Of a stretch of 64,000 bases of DNA, positions 1-9,803 are shown in pieces. Numbering within the stretch: the first letter of the stretch is position 1; each line of letters begins with the position of its first letter. The position numbers and the translations under genes are program-made. The notes below the pieces were generated by a model. It searched no databases. It was not told where the DNA came from and worked only from the letters and a program-made list of their open reading frames with translations. The stretch lies in the sequence record NC_048016.1; one strand, written 5' to 3'.

Positions 1-1
1 C

Positions 2-346
2 TTCCAGCAGTATCATTTACTGGTGCAGGTGCGCGAGCACGATCGCTACATGGCGACCGGATACGACGAGAAAAAAGGCCTGGCTGACAAGCAGGCCGAT
101 GACATAAGAGACCTGTACAGGCAACTGTTTGTCTGCTTGGGCAAGGAGCCATATGATAGTTCGAAGAGTGCACCTGTAACGATGTCTACCATGCCCCCAC
201 CTCCGGTGGTTGCGCCCGAAGTGCCGGTTCACTCAGACCCAGCACCCGTAAAGAAGCGCGAAGCAGCCAAACGCCCCGTTGGGGTGGCTGAGACCAACAT
301 GTTTCGTCAATCCATAATCGACCATCTCAATGGGGAAATAAAATGA
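2..346 (+). CDS. 5'-truncated protein with Pro-rich C-terminus; candidate i-spanin
   Basis: Frame is open from base 2 (FQQYHLLVQVREH...); helical segment then PPPPVVAPEVP; stop overlaps next ATG (ATGA 343-346). Confidence 0.55.
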   Translation, partial: FQQYHLLVQVREHDRYMATGYDEKKGLADKQADDIRDLYRQLFVCLGKEPYDSSKSAPVTMSTMPPPPVVAPEVPVHSDPAPVKKREAAKRPVGVAETNMFRQSIIDHLNGEIK

Positions 347-813
347 AACCTTTCTGTCTGGGGGCACTCCTGCTGTTGTTGGCAGGCTGTGTCCCTCACG
401 ACAAAGGTACCCCGCTGCAACCGCAGCGGGCATGGCCGACGAGGCAGCTAGACAGCCCACCAGTGGCCGCGAAATATCCTTTGGGTAACGACGATCAGAA
501 AGCGTTTGAGACATATGTTATCGACGTGAACATCTATGCGTATTATGTCTACACGTACGCACGTAACCTTAACGAATATGTCGCCGCGCGTGGTTGGCAT
601 CCACCTCGGGTCGCACCTTTGTGTGAAGAGTTTGAAACACCGGACCTCCATCCGATTCCAGACCGCATTACGCTTGACCGCAACTCACGAACCCCGGAGC
701 AGATTAGTCAGGACATCGCTAATCAGTTTCGTCAAATTCTTGAGAACTACCGGGCAGACCGTAAGGCGTTTCGGCATAACTTCTCACAGCACGAGCAGAC
801 TTGTTTAAACTAA
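343..813 (+). CDS. Lipoprotein; candidate o-spanin
   Basis: Signal peptide with lipobox MKPFCLGALLLLLAG-C; Pro-rich mature region; 4-bp overlap with upstream gene. Confidence 0.65.
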   Translation: MKPFCLGALLLLLAGCVPHDKGTPLQPQRAWPTRQLDSPPVAAKYPLGNDDQKAFETYVIDVNIYAYYVYTYARNLNEYVAARGWHPPRVAPLCEEFETPDLHPIPDRITLDRNSRTPEQISQDIANQFRQILENYRADRKAFRHNFSQHEQTCLN

Positions 814-816
814 GCG

Positions 817-855
817 TATCCTCCACCTCCTTCGGGCGGTGGAGGGTATCTTTTA
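817..855 (+). terminator. Intrinsic terminator
   Basis: CCTCCACC/GGTGGAGG stem with inner TTCG loop, followed by T-rich tract. Confidence 0.8.
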
Positions 856-880
856 TTTTACATCATCAACATTTCTAATG
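856..880 (+). promoter_or_regulatory. Class 2 phage promoter (TTTTAC-N15-AATG)
   Basis: Same spacing as five other intergenic copies. Confidence 0.45.
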
Positions 881-903
881 TATATCCAATGGAGCGCAAA
901 ATA

Positions 904-1602
904 ATGCAAAACGTAGTTATCCCCTCAATTGTAGTAGGCACAGACGTTGAAACCAAGTCGTTACGACCGGATGCGTATATCCTGAGTATTGGCTTGGCTG
1001 CGTTCGATATCGCAACTCTGCGCCTAATTGGGGCGTCGTATCAGGCCATCGATCCTAACGATGCAGACGCCGATCGTGTCTTCCATACTGACCCTGCAAC
1101 TATCGGTTGGTGGGAAGGTAAAGATAATCCGGACTATGCTCCGTCTGAAGCCGCTCGCAAAGAAGCGTTCTCAGGCACCACGAACATCAAAGATGCACTT
1201 TGGACGGCTAAGAAGTTCCTCGACGATTTGGGGAATAAGCCGATCGTATTGGCTATGCGTGGCCCAGACTTTGATTCACCGATTTTGATGAACGCCTTCG
1301 CCCAGTGCGATGTGCCACCGGGTAAGTTCCGTAAGTTTTCTATGCTGGACTCTGACCGTACCACAGAACGTCTGGCACATGCGTTTGGTCTGCAACCGGA
1401 TATGGAAGCAGAAGCCCACAACTGGACACGCGGCAAAGACTTCGTCCTGCACCACTCAGGTTTCGATGCTGCTAAAGAAGGGTATCTGACGGCACGTTTC
1501 TATCACCTTGCGCTAGTTGCGCGTACGCACGGTTTCCCGCGCATGCTGGAAGCTCACGAGCAAATGCGTACCGGTGAGTACATCCCGACGATGTTCCTGT
1601 AA
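904..1602 (+). CDS. DEDDh 3'-5' exonuclease/exoribonuclease (DnaQ-like)
   Basis: VGTDVETKS (Exo I), GPDFD (Exo II), HHSGFDA (Exo III); GGAG RBS before ATG 904 (track start 889). Confidence 0.8.
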   Translation: MQNVVIPSIVVGTDVETKSLRPDAYILSIGLAAFDIATLRLIGASYQAIDPNDADADRVFHTDPATIGWWEGKDNPDYAPSEAARKEAFSGTTNIKDALWTAKKFLDDLGNKPIVLAMRGPDFDSPILMNAFAQCDVPPGKFRKFSMLDSDRTTERLAHAFGLQPDMEAEAHNWTRGKDFVLHHSGFDAAKEGYLTARFYHLALVARTHGFPRMLEAHEQMRTGEYIPTMFL

Positions 1603-1612
1603 GAGAGGATTA

Positions 1613-3133
1613 ATGAAAGAGTACGACGTCGCCGTGCTATACACGGACGGGAGTCACACCACTGCCCCCTTAGGTTCGGGGGCGGGTATTCATGGCTACC
1701 TGTACAATAAAGCTGATTTTAAATCAGAACGTGGCTATTTCGCCGACGGGGTACCGGAGGCGGTTACGCCAGAAGAGTACCAAATCATTTCGCAGGCGGA
1801 GAAATTGCCTGCTATGCCTGAGGGCTTAGTCGAATGGGTTAACTGCACGATTCCTGTACCCAAAGAACAATTCTCGGATGTCGGTGAACTGGTGGCCTTT
1901 ATCTCGGCCTTTGATGGTGCACCGTTTAAGGCAAAGAAATACGTTATCCACGTGGATGCGACCTACGTACTGAACTCCTTCAATAAGTGGCTGGAAGGTT
2001 GGGCCAGTCGGGGTTGGTTACGGGCTGACGGGACACCGGTTGCGAACCTCAAACTGATGCAGCGTATCTGGGAGCTCAAACAGGGCTTCAAGAAAGACGG
2101 CATCTCAGTTAAGGTCGTGAAGATTAAAGGGCACTCTGACCGCTACGGCAACGACCAAGCGGATAAGATGGCCCGTCTTGGTTCGACTATGACGGCGACG
2201 TTTGAGAATGTGGAGTATCGCCCATTCTGGACAACCGAAGAGATGCCTGCGAAGGAAGAGAAAGAGCAGGCAGTCGATGTTGGTATCAATCTCTCTTTAC
2301 TGCCGGCTATCAACACGCAGAAGTTCCACTACGTGCAGGTGAATGAACCCCACCCGATGTGCACCGTGAACGGCGAGCAGTGGTATTATCTGTCCTCAGG
2401 CAACCATGCCAAAGACAAAGACGATATCGTGCTGCTTGGGAAGATGATTCCCGATGCGATGTTCTCGGTGACCTTTGCTAAGAAACCGTGGGAGAACCTT
2501 TACTTCCTCGCCAACGCCCATGCCAACACCGCGTGGCAGGACACCCCGGCACTGAAGCGGTTTGACCCGATTGCGATCATCACCGGTGATTTCCTGAAGC
2601 GTAAGAAGTTTCAGGAGGCGTGCAAGGAGGGAATACCGATTGAGCGCATGACCTTCTCAGAAGACCGCAACGTGTGGTTCTTTGAGGACTTGGCCATCAG
2701 TCGTATTCTGCGCCCTGCGCTGCTGTCGTATCGGGCGATTGGTTTTCGTGACGAACTGGCTCAGATGCTGAAGTCGGTCATGCAAAAGGAAGCGCATATC
2801 GTTTTAAACGACATCACCGATCTTCTCTTTGATGAGAAGGGGAAACCTTCCAAAGAGGTCTACCGTAACGTTGATAAGTCGTTTGAGATTCAGGCGAAGA
2901 TTCCCTTCAACGACACGCAAACCATTCCCATCATCCTGACGCGAGGTATTGACCTACCGCAACGTACCGACATTAACCGCATCAAAGAACCCACTGGTCG
3001 CTTCTACGTGGCTTGCTGGCGTCCTGAGGAGCGTTACGTGCGTTATGCAGTGATTTATCTCGGGGAAGAGTATAACGGGTTATGGATAGCCTACTACGCT
3101 GCAAACCGCATCCTGCCGACTGACATTAAGTGA
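1613..3133 (+). CDS. rnh: Ribonuclease H with long C-terminal extension
   Basis: LYTDGS, DVGEL, HVDATY, WASRGWLRADGTPVAN, KIKGHSDRYGNDQADKMA; AGAGG RBS before ATG 1613. Confidence 0.9.
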   Translation: MKEYDVAVLYTDGSHTTAPLGSGAGIHGYLYNKADFKSERGYFADGVPEAVTPEEYQIISQAEKLPAMPEGLVEWVNCTIPVPKEQFSDVGELVAFISAFDGAPFKAKKYVIHVDATYVLNSFNKWLEGWASRGWLRADGTPVANLKLMQRIWELKQGFKKDGISVKVVKIKGHSDRYGNDQADKMARLGSTMTATFENVEYRPFWTTEEMPAKEEKEQAVDVGINLSLLPAINTQKFHYVQVNEPHPMCTVNGEQWYYLSSGNHAKDKDDIVLLGKMIPDAMFSVTFAKKPWENLYFLANAHANTAWQDTPALKRFDPIAIITGDFLKRKKFQEACKEGIPIERMTFSEDRNVWFFEDLAISRILRPALLSYRAIGFRDELAQMLKSVMQKEAHIVLNDITDLLFDEKGKPSKEVYRNVDKSFEIQAKIPFNDTQTIPIILTRGIDLPQRTDINRIKEPTGRFYVACWRPEERYVRYAVIYLGEEYNGLWIAYYAANRILPTDIK

Positions 3134-3140
3134 GGTCTTT

Positions 3141-3878
3141 ATGCTGCGTGTTTTTAGTCACGTATTGACGCTACACAGCGACAAGTTAGTTGAAGCCTTG
3201 GCCGAGTATTACGCACTGACGTTTTACCGCTACGGCAAAGCCATGAAGCTTACCCCAACGGAGCAGAAGGCGATTGAGGAAACCACCACTGCGGCAGCGC
3301 GGTGGATGGTGGCCAACATCCTGCTGGAAGGGATAGCGCTGGCAAACGCCCGGACACATCTCTCGCCGTCATTGAAAAGCTTCGATGTTTATGGCGATGC
3401 GATGGCTGATTACTTCACCGACCCCGCGTTAGAGAACCACCTGTCGCCGAGTGTGACCGTGGGTGAGTTCTTTGCCCACATCGTTTCTACCCGACCCCTC
3501 TCGGCGTTGCTGGAAGGGGCGATGAAATGGTTCGTCGATCAGTTCATGGACGAGGTGTATAACCTGCTGGGGAAAGACTCCTTCTCGATTGATAAGTACA
3601 CGGGTATCTACATGACCCGCGACATGCTTATCAAGCAGATGGAAAACCATAAGGTTATCCTGCCGTTCATTGAGCCGTTGGAGTGGACGTTCATTGCCAT
3701 CGTCAAATGTGAAGATGCGCATGAAGCAGTGCTGGGTCTCGACCACGCGTTTGTCGTGCAGGGCGATGCGTTTATCCTGCCGGAAACTTTCCCCACCATG
3801 ATTGCCCCCGTGCCGGGTGAGGATGTCGAAGTCTACGAGCTTCTGCCCCGTATCGTTGAGGAGCTGAAAAAGCTTTAA
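3141..3878 (+). CDS. Hypothetical acidic protein (tandem-array member)
   Basis: 245-aa ORF with GAGG RBS; begins MLRV like the next gene. Confidence 0.8.
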   Translation: MLRVFSHVLTLHSDKLVEALAEYYALTFYRYGKAMKLTPTEQKAIEETTTAAARWMVANILLEGIALANARTHLSPSLKSFDVYGDAMADYFTDPALENHLSPSVTVGEFFAHIVSTRPLSALLEGAMKWFVDQFMDEVYNLLGKDSFSIDKYTGIYMTRDMLIKQMENHKVILPFIEPLEWTFIAIVKCEDAHEAVLGLDHAFVVQGDAFILPETFPTMIAPVPGEDVEVYELLPRIVEELKKL

Positions 3879-3898
3879 GATAGATATTATCTCCGTGG
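3879..3898 (+). promoter_or_regulatory. Class 1 (early-type) phage promoter
   Basis: GATAGATATTAT-ctcc-GTGG; one of five intergenic copies. Confidence 0.7.
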
Positions 3899-3918
3899 TA
3901 AATCGTTAGGAGTCATTT

Positions 3919-4638
3919 ATGTTACGTGTGGTTATGCCCGAACTCTTTCAGTTTACAACGCCTACCGCGACGAAGCTGTTTGAGAAGATATGGGATCGCT
4001 ACTGCCCGGAGAAGCTTGCTACTCGACCTGAACTGTGGGTACGCCGAGATGAGTTCTATCTGGGCGCTTTCCCACTGTTCGTTAAAACGTTTGCAGTGGC
4101 CATTACCGGGATGTTGGATGCGGTCAACCTTGGTCGTGATTTTGACATTCACGAGTTGGAATTTAGCTACGAGGATATTTATAACGATTATCAGCATGAG
4201 GAATTCGACGGTGAGATGGAAGGGGAAGTGTTACTCTTCATGAACTTCGTCGAAGGTGTGTTGGGTGAGAAGGACAAGTTCTTAAACGAGCTGGCGGATA
4301 AACTGACAGGGGCGTATCAGAACCTGTTGGCACTGCGCAAGCAACACGACATCGTTGGCTTTTGGCTGGATGTCTATTCGATGGACATGCGCATCTGGGA
4401 AGACAACCCGTCGGTGTTCGCTATTCAGAACGGGGACTTTGAACCGCAGTGGCATGACCGTTACACCACCGGCCCCGGCAGTATGTTCTACGAGCTTTCA
4501 AAAGACGACGGTATGGAGTTCTACCTGTGGATGGATTGCATCGTGGCCGAGTCGCCACGCATCACGATTCCCGAAGGCGAACCGGTAACGTTGTGTCATT
4601 TAACCCATGAAGCCATTGCCTTTATGGAACCCGTCTAA
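3919..4638 (+). CDS. Hypothetical acidic protein (tandem-array member)
   Basis: 239 aa, AGGAG RBS. Confidence 0.8.
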   Translation: MLRVVMPELFQFTTPTATKLFEKIWDRYCPEKLATRPELWVRRDEFYLGAFPLFVKTFAVAITGMLDAVNLGRDFDIHELEFSYEDIYNDYQHEEFDGEMEGEVLLFMNFVEGVLGEKDKFLNELADKLTGAYQNLLALRKQHDIVGFWLDVYSMDMRIWEDNPSVFAIQNGDFEPQWHDRYTTGPGSMFYELSKDDGMEFYLWMDCIVAESPRITIPEGEPVTLCHLTHEAIAFMEPV

Positions 4639-4660
4639 AATAAATCGTAAGGAGTAATAC

Positions 4661-5041
4661 ATGAAACTGAATGACCTGATTGCAACGATGATCAAAACCA
4701 GTCGGAAGAACACCACTTTTGAGGGGGGGCTGATTCTCCTCACGGTTGACCAGAATGCCGAGCCGCTAGTGCGCCTCCAACTTCCGGACGCGCTGGTCGC
4801 GGAACCCAACGATCGTGGTCTGCTGCGTACCCTGCGTGAGGACAGTGTGCGTGACCGTACTGATTGGCCGCGGGTTGTGGTGTGGTGTCACAATCCGCAC
4901 ATCTCCCTTGGTAATGAAGCTGACATTGTGCTTCACGTCTGGAAGGATGGCGACGATGTCAAAGTTCGCTGCGAGAAGTTCCGCAGCCTGATGGACCGCC
5001 CAAGCGATGTGTGGACACTCGGGGAAGAAGCTACCGCGTAA
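4661..5041 (+). CDS. Hypothetical protein
   Basis: 126 aa, AAGGAG RBS. Confidence 0.8.
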   Translation: MKLNDLIATMIKTSRKNTTFEGGLILLTVDQNAEPLVRLQLPDALVAEPNDRGLLRTLREDSVRDRTDWPRVVVWCHNPHISLGNEADIVLHVWKDGDDVKVRCEKFRSLMDRPSDVWTLGEEATA

Positions 5042-5059
5042 CCTGATTGAGGAGTGGTG

Positions 5060-5500
5060 ATGTTAACCGTTCAAAGCGAAACACTGATGAACGTGGATAG
5101 GCTCTTCCTCCGTAAGTACGATAAGATAATCGCCGCCGAGCCCCTTAACTGGACCCGTGTGGCGGTTAAATATTTTTTAATGCGTACGGTACTGGGCGAT
5201 CGGGATATTGCAGGTGAGGAGTTGGTGACAGCAGTCCAAGAAACCAAAGCCTGCTGGGTGGAGGCCGGTCTACCTGATATCAGTTGGTTTCGGGTAAACC
5301 AGTTCTTGCTTTACCTCGGGCAGTTCTCGCAGCATCCCATCCACGCACTTAACCACGAGCTGCAACGTATGCTCGAACAGAATTACGTTGAAATACAATA
5401 CAGTGCCCACAATCTGGTCTTCAATCAGTATCAGGTTGTTCGCGCAACTGACTTGTTGATGTCCCATGCATTATTGGAGCCTTTCAATGCAGCAAGTTAA
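5060..5500 (+). CDS. Hypothetical protein
   Basis: GAGGAG RBS before ATG 5060 (MLTVQ...). Confidence 0.75.
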   Translation: MLTVQSETLMNVDRLFLRKYDKIIAAEPLNWTRVAVKYFLMRTVLGDRDIAGEELVTAVQETKACWVEAGLPDISWFRVNQFLLYLGQFSQHPIHALNHELQRMLEQNYVEIQYSAHNLVFNQYQVVRATDLLMSHALLEPFNAAS

Positions 5501-6119
5501 GATGCACATCCTCATGTCGTTGGAATCTTATCTCAAAGGTCTGTCGTTTCATGAGGAGGCCGTGAAAACTGCCTACCTTATTGTTGCAAGAGAAATCGCA
5601 AAGCAGGATTACATCGAAGATTGGGCACCCCTTTCCGGAATGTGGCAGGCGATGCGCTTTATTGTTCACGAGGGCGGCCTTGAACTCGCCTTGGCCGAAG
5701 AGTACGTCGAGCCGCGGATGGTGAAAAAAGTACGTCAGCTTCTCTTAGCTTTGATGGGGGACTTTGATAACTTTCCGCGACACTCCATGGATGTGAACCG
5801 CAGTTACCTCGGTAGCGTCAGTGAAGTGAAAGCCGCACTCGACATGCCGCTTGTGTTTGCGCGGGATGAAGACCTGCTGAATCACAACCTGTGGTTTGCC
5901 GGTTCCATGGAGAGTCCATGCTACGTGGAAGAGCGGGAGATTATCAGCTCAGAACAAGAGTGGGGTAATCTGGTTGTCAAATACCCACACGGTCCGTATA
6001 TGTGGCGAGCCGATTGGGATGCGTTTGTACCGCGTGCTGACTCGATGCGTCACAAGCACGTTATGATTCTTGATGTTGAAGCAGAGCGTGAGCGTTTCTA
6101 CGCGCTCTTTAAGGAGTAA
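5487..6119 (+). CDS. Hypothetical protein
   Basis: GGAG RBS at 5476 before ATG 5487; overlaps upstream gene end. Confidence 0.75.
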   Translation: MQQVKMHILMSLESYLKGLSFHEEAVKTAYLIVAREIAKQDYIEDWAPLSGMWQAMRFIVHEGGLELALAEEYVEPRMVKKVRQLLLALMGDFDNFPRHSMDVNRSYLGSVSEVKAALDMPLVFARDEDLLNHNLWFAGSMESPCYVEEREIISSEQEWGNLVVKYPHGPYMWRADWDAFVPRADSMRHKHVMILDVEAERERFYALFKE

Positions 6120-6121
6120 CC

Positions 6122-6724
6122 ATGCAAGTCATTTTAAACATGGCTCTCGGTGAACAGGCTAACCAAATCAGCGAACTGATGGTCGACCTGCGTAAAGACC
6201 TGAACTTTGAGCTGCACGACATTATCAGTAAATACGAACGCAGTCTGCGCGAGGACACCGACAAAGTGCACCACGTTGTTGATGCTCCGAAGATTGTCGA
6301 TGAGTTAACCGCGCTGATTGTTGACCAAGCCAAGGACGTGTTGCAAAAGACGTTCACCATTGGCATCAACGGTTGGGACACCGTGGATGAGCTGGCCCTG
6401 CGGGTAGAAGAAGCGTTCACGAAGGGGGTAACGGACTTAGAAAGTTACGTGCACCTGAATGCCCACGAAACCTTTGTGGCCTGTGGCAACTCCGGTGAAC
6501 GCACACTGACGTTCCAAATGGAATCGCTCCACGATCTCTTTGGGGCAACCGACACCATGAAGGTGGAAGGCATTGTGATGAAAGCCAAAGAGAAGGTTGG
6601 CATCCTTGCCCGTCAGGAAATGGAAACCCTTCTGAGCAAGCTCCAACTGTACAAACTGACGCCAGAGCAAGTGGATGGTGTTCATGAGATGGGCCGTGGT
6701 GAAATGACCGTTAGTCGTTTCTAA
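6122..6724 (+). CDS. Hypothetical helical protein (tandem-array member)
   Basis: 200 aa, AAGGAG RBS. Confidence 0.8.
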   Translation: MQVILNMALGEQANQISELMVDLRKDLNFELHDIISKYERSLREDTDKVHHVVDAPKIVDELTALIVDQAKDVLQKTFTIGINGWDTVDELALRVEEAFTKGVTDLESYVHLNAHETFVACGNSGERTLTFQMESLHDLFGATDTMKVEGIVMKAKEKVGILARQEMETLLSKLQLYKLTPEQVDGVHEMGRGEMTVSRF

Positions 6725-6768
6725 GAAAGGCGCAGTTAATAATCAACTTCAACGAGTAAGGATAAATC

Positions 6769-7446
6769 ATGAAATTGTACCTAAATCTGACTACCGATGA
6801 AAACCGTAAAGTTTGGCCTGCTCTGATGATGTCGATGTACGACGATGTCGAGCACATCATTGCCCACCACTACGCCTCTCAGCCAGACAAAGGCCCGCTG
6901 ATCCGTCAGGCGGCTACCCAAGCGCTGTTACCGATCACCATGGGCATGTCTCGTTTGCAGGATACTTTGCTGGAATTCCGCTACGATGATATCGACAGTG
7001 CTGAAGGTGTTATCGACACCACCATCGATATCTTTACGGCAGATAACAACGCAGCACGTATCCGCGATGAGTGGGTAAAAGAAATGCGTGAGCGGACAAC
7101 GGTACACTTCCAAGACTCTGTCGGTGATGAGCATGTTTTGAATCTCAAGGAAGAAGAGATTGAAAACTTCATCGAAATGGCGGACGAACGCGTGAAAGAA
7201 ATTACGGCATCTCTTTGGGCGTCGGTATCGAAGCAGATCAAATCGATTACCATGCGTTTCACACCACACACTCACTTCCCCGCCACCGGCCGGGCAGTTG
7301 GGCGGGATGTTCCAAATACCCAGAACGCGCCAAGTGAAAGCGGTGTCGACATTCATCTGGATGACTCCAATGTCGATCTCGAGCTGACCCCTCCTGCTGC
7401 TGACGCGGTTGAAAAGCTGAAAGAAGAGCTGAATAAGGACGACTAA
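6769..7446 (+). CDS. Hypothetical acidic protein (tandem-array member)
   Basis: 225 aa, AAGGA RBS, starts MKLYLN. Confidence 0.8.
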   Translation: MKLYLNLTTDENRKVWPALMMSMYDDVEHIIAHHYASQPDKGPLIRQAATQALLPITMGMSRLQDTLLEFRYDDIDSAEGVIDTTIDIFTADNNAARIRDEWVKEMRERTTVHFQDSVGDEHVLNLKEEEIENFIEMADERVKEITASLWASVSKQIKSITMRFTPHTHFPATGRAVGRDVPNTQNAPSESGVDIHLDDSNVDLELTPPAADAVEKLKEELNKDD

Positions 7447-7919
7447 TGCGCATCTATATCTCGTTTGATACCGATGATGTCCTAAAGACCATTGGTGAAT
7501 TGCGTCGAGATATCGTGGTGTTCGGCCGTCAGTTTCTGATTGACGCCATGCAAGAGGAGCCGGCCTCACTTAAAGAGTACGATGACTTCGACTTCATCAA
7601 TAGGCTGTCTGTGGCGTTGGCTTCAGGCTGGACAGAGTTTCTGGAAGCGGTGCAGCACAAGCTGTGGCTGCTCGATGAAAAGACGCTTGATAGCGGGGAC
7701 AGCTTAGACTGGTGCGTGAAAGAGTTCACGCCCATCTTTGAAGGAACCCCACCTACCATGCGTCGGAACGTCTTAGCGCTGAACTGTCCGGTTTACGACA
7801 TCATGGTCATGGAGTTGCTTACTGAACGTGCCGAGGCGGGTTATCGTGACATGCTTAATACGCTCACTGCTGAGTTGGAGCAAGTCTTCGAAAAGGCGTG
7901 GCAGCTCTTTAAGAAATAA
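7446..7919 (+). CDS. Hypothetical protein (tandem-array member)
   Basis: 157 aa, starts MRIYIS, coupled to upstream stop (TAATG). Confidence 0.8.
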   Translation: MRIYISFDTDDVLKTIGELRRDIVVFGRQFLIDAMQEEPASLKEYDDFDFINRLSVALASGWTEFLEAVQHKLWLLDEKTLDSGDSLDWCVKEFTPIFEGTPPTMRRNVLALNCPVYDIMVMELLTERAEAGYRDMLNTLTAELEQVFEKAWQLFKK

Positions 7920-7927
7920 GGAGGGTT

Positions 7928-8404
7928 ATGGTAATTTACATTGACACTGCATCTCCTAAAGTGAAGAAGCGGCTCTTTGGGCATCTGGAGAAACTCCACG
8001 ACAAACTTTGCCAGAAGATGCTGAAGGCGATGCCGTTTGAGGAGTTCGCAAAAGGAAAACCCCACACTCGCATTAACAACACGGTGTCGCGCTGGATACG
8101 CATTTTAGCGGAGCCCTACAGTCGGGTGCTCACTGGACAACCGCTGAAGGTAGGGGTTAGTGATTGCACCGCCAAGCGCGTCGAGGAATTCTGGGCGGCT
8201 TTCTGGGGCATGGGTGAGGACATCTTGAGTAATATCATGGAAGAGGTCCGGGAGGGCAAGTTGAACTTCTCCACGCTTTTTAATGAGCAGGAGAAGAAAG
8301 ACGTTGCCGCCCTGATAAGGCATACCCAAGCCGACATGCAGGGGACGTTGGAGGGCTTGATAAACCAACAGGTCAATGCGTCGCTGCGACTTGTGGAAAG
8401 GTAA
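7928..8404 (+). CDS. Hypothetical protein (tandem-array member)
   Basis: 158 aa, starts MVIYID, GGAGG RBS. Confidence 0.8.
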   Translation: MVIYIDTASPKVKKRLFGHLEKLHDKLCQKMLKAMPFEEFAKGKPHTRINNTVSRWIRILAEPYSRVLTGQPLKVGVSDCTAKRVEEFWAAFWGMGEDILSNIMEEVREGKLNFSTLFNEQEKKDVAALIRHTQADMQGTLEGLINQQVNASLRLVER

Positions 8405-8407
8405 CGG

Positions 8408-8902
8408 ATGCGCATTTACGTAGACATGAACACCACCAACATCTACGACGCCTTCTCCATCGGTTTCGAAGGTATGCTGGAACGCACACTGGAGTACCAC
8501 CGGATGTTGGTCTCGGGGCATGAGAATGAACGCGTCAGAGAAAACGCTGACTACTTCAAATCGAAAGCCTACGAGGGTCACCTCTCTGCACTGCTGTTAA
8601 AAGGGTTTGGGCATTTCCATACCCTCATCAATTCACAGTTGGTGTGTTTCAACACCGAACTCACACGGGTGTCGCAAGATGACCCGGTGACGCGGTTGAT
8701 GAATACCTGTACCGCAGATGTGGTGGGTGAACTGGTGAATTTCCCCGATGGGACGAAGCTTGAGTACGCGCTCTTTGACGAGGCGGTGATGGATGACCTG
8801 TACGTGGAACTGGAAGCGTTTCGCGAAGAGCTCATCCGTATCGTTAATGCCGAAGTCAACGACGCGCTCAAAGCCGCTATCCTCATTGTGAAAAATAAAT
8901 AA
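8408..8902 (+). CDS. Hypothetical protein (tandem-array member)
   Basis: 164 aa, starts MRIYVD. Confidence 0.8.
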   Translation: MRIYVDMNTTNIYDAFSIGFEGMLERTLEYHRMLVSGHENERVRENADYFKSKAYEGHLSALLLKGFGHFHTLINSQLVCFNTELTRVSQDDPVTRLMNTCTADVVGELVNFPDGTKLEYALFDEAVMDDLYVELEAFREELIRIVNAEVNDALKAAILIVKNK

Positions 8903-8953
8903 AAGTCACCCTACTCCGAGTGGAGTAGGGTACTTCTTCTTATCTTTTATTTT
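8903..8953. terminator. Bidirectional terminator between convergent genes
   Basis: ACCCTACTCC-GAGT-GGAGTAGGGT with A-tract upstream and T-tract downstream. Confidence 0.8.
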
Positions 8954-9702
8954 TTGCCTTCACGCAACAGTTTCAAACGATCGGCGGTGGCGTTCAACGC
9001 TTCCAGCAGTTCGTTGGTTTGTTTCATGAAGAGACCGAACAGCTCAACCCAGTTAGAGGCCATGTCGAGTGCCAGTGTGAGTTGCTCAACCACCTGCGGA
9101 TGCACCTCTTGGTCAGCCAGTGCGTCTGCAGAAGCCCCGATAGAGTCAACCAGGCGGGTAACGTCTTTGCGAAGCTTCTTGCTGATGTCCGCACGCAGGG
9201 CACGGGCACGGTTGAAGGTGGCGTCGATTTCACTGGCGCTGTGATACGTCTTTTCAATCGGACGCTGGTCAACGACCGCGTTGCTGTAGGACTGGGCGAG
9301 CTTTGCCACCAAGTCCTGTGGCTCGATGTTCTTCAGCGGGTATTTGAAGTCCTTGAAGCGAAAGCCCACAGGCAGGGTCAGCATCCCTTTCTGGTGCGTC
9401 ATGCCGGCCAGCAACTTATCAATCGGTTGCAGCACACCCGGCAGGATATCTTGCAGCACATCCCACACAGACTCCAGACGCTGAAGGTGGTCCATCACGT
9501 AGGTGTTGAAACCCGGTGGCACCGGTACCAGCATACCTTGGAAGTTCAGGAACTTCTCTTTCTGCATCCAGTTCGCCATGTTCGACATGTCGTCGTACGT
9601 GGTCAGGGCCAGCTCTTGGTCGTTGTTGGTAAAACCTTTGGGTAAAATAACCGACGCTTTGGAAGCAAATGCTTGGAGCGCGGCGATGGGATTCAGTGTC
9701 AT
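8947..9702 (-). CDS. Probable virion structural protein
   Basis: 251-aa helical ORF on the minus strand; structural role inferred from synteny with SPN3US-like phages. Confidence 0.6.
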   Translation of the reverse strand: MTLNPIAALQAFASKASVILPKGFTNNDQELALTTYDDMSNMANWMQKEKFLNFQGMLVPVPPGFNTYVMDHLQRLESVWDVLQDILPGVLQPIDKLLAGMTHQKGMLTLPVGFRFKDFKYPLKNIEPQDLVAKLAQSYSNAVVDQRPIEKTYHSASEIDATFNRARALRADISKKLRKDVTRLVDSIGASADALADQEVHPQVVEQLTLALDMASNWVELFGLFMKQTNELLEALNATADRLKLLREGKK

Positions 9703-9745
9703 TATACTTCCTCGGAGACGGGTGATTGGGCTACATACTAAGTCT

Positions 9746-9770
9746 TTTTACGTGTCGCCGTGTCTTTATG
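9746..9770 (+). promoter_or_regulatory. Class 2 phage promoter (TTTTAC-N15-TATG)
   Basis: Exact motif upstream of uvsX. Confidence 0.6.
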
Positions 9771-9803
9771 TAGAACACAAACCTAATAAACACGGAGCTT
9801 TCG

